Part shown: in pieces, positions 23,972 through 24,000 of the stretch
Position numbering within the stretch: the first letter of the stretch is position 1
Layout: each line of letters starts with the position of its first letter
DNA from: an uncultured Acidobacteriota bacterium
GTDB taxonomy: Bacteria; Acidobacteriota; UBA6911; RPQK01; JAPXNP01
Assembly: GCA_963777605.1 (NCBI GenBank)
Contig: CAVZRV010000011.1
Span: forward strand, 143,145-167,144
Reading direction: 5' to 3'
DNA: 24,000 nucleotides
The notes under the pieces: model-generated
Databases searched by the model: none
What the model saw: only the letters and a program-made list of their open reading frames with translations
What the model was told of the DNA's origin: nothing
Translations under genes and position numbers: made by a program

Positions 23972-24000
23972 TGGTAGGCGCGAGCGGATTTGAACCGCTG
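23972..24000 (-). tRNA. 3' portion of a tRNA gene (T-arm, acceptor 3' strand, encoded CCA); cut by the window edge, isotype not determinable
   Basis: Minus strand reads cAGCGGTTCAAATCCGCTcgcgcctACCA. This gives a 5-bp T stem, a TTCAAAT T-loop, a 7-nt acceptor strand, discriminator A and CCA. It is followed immediately by T7 (A7 on the plus strand, 23965-23971). Confidence 0.7.

Noticed and set aside
1-24000. Search for CRISPR repeats, IS/transposon ends, integrases, toxin-antitoxin pairs, defence-island signatures and rRNA
   Set aside because: By eye I found no regularly spaced direct repeats, long terminal inverted repeats or recognisable mobile or defence gene products. The window reads as core chromosome plus a few accessory metabolic and envelope genes.

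Overview
GC-rich bacterial chromosomal window with standard-code ORFs; I found no rRNA, CRISPR array, transposase/integrase or long repeat. The right half (14.3-24 kb) is one long minus-strand housekeeping array: partial tRNA, thrS, infC, rpmI, rplT, pheS, pheT, a small coiled-coil gene, zapA, rny, ymdB. The left half is mixed. On the minus strand it holds a secreted CE15-like esterase, an orphan SPASM/twitch-type radical SAM enzyme, a two-domain thioredoxin-fold lipoprotein and an RlmI-like methyltransferase. On the plus strand it holds a DUF4136-like secreted protein, a Pro/Thr/Ala-rich membrane-anchored protein, uvrA, and a Gfo/Idh/MocA oxidoreductase paired with a class-III aminotransferase. 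A poorly resolved hypothetical secreted-protein locus lies on the minus strand. I do not see a convincing new multi-gene system (no defence-, secretion-, RiPP- or mobile-element-like cluster). The most unusual signal is a set of reading-frame breaks. The rlmI-like gene, the aminotransferase and the hypothetical locus at 13.4-14.2 kb each need a one-nucleotide (+1) skip to restore a conserved or high-GC3 reading frame. The roughly 11.6 kb of translation, cell-division and repair genes is clean. This could be assembly error, real pseudogenisation or, least likely, recoding; it needs read-level checking. Other points are the orphan radical SAM enzyme with a long N-terminal extension, infC starting at ATC behind a perfect SD, domain-reduced PheT and ThrRS, rplT-pheS stop/start abutment, and a 244-nt untranslated spacer after zapA. 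Many long ORFs in the six-frame track are antisense shadows typical of GC-rich DNA and were rejected.
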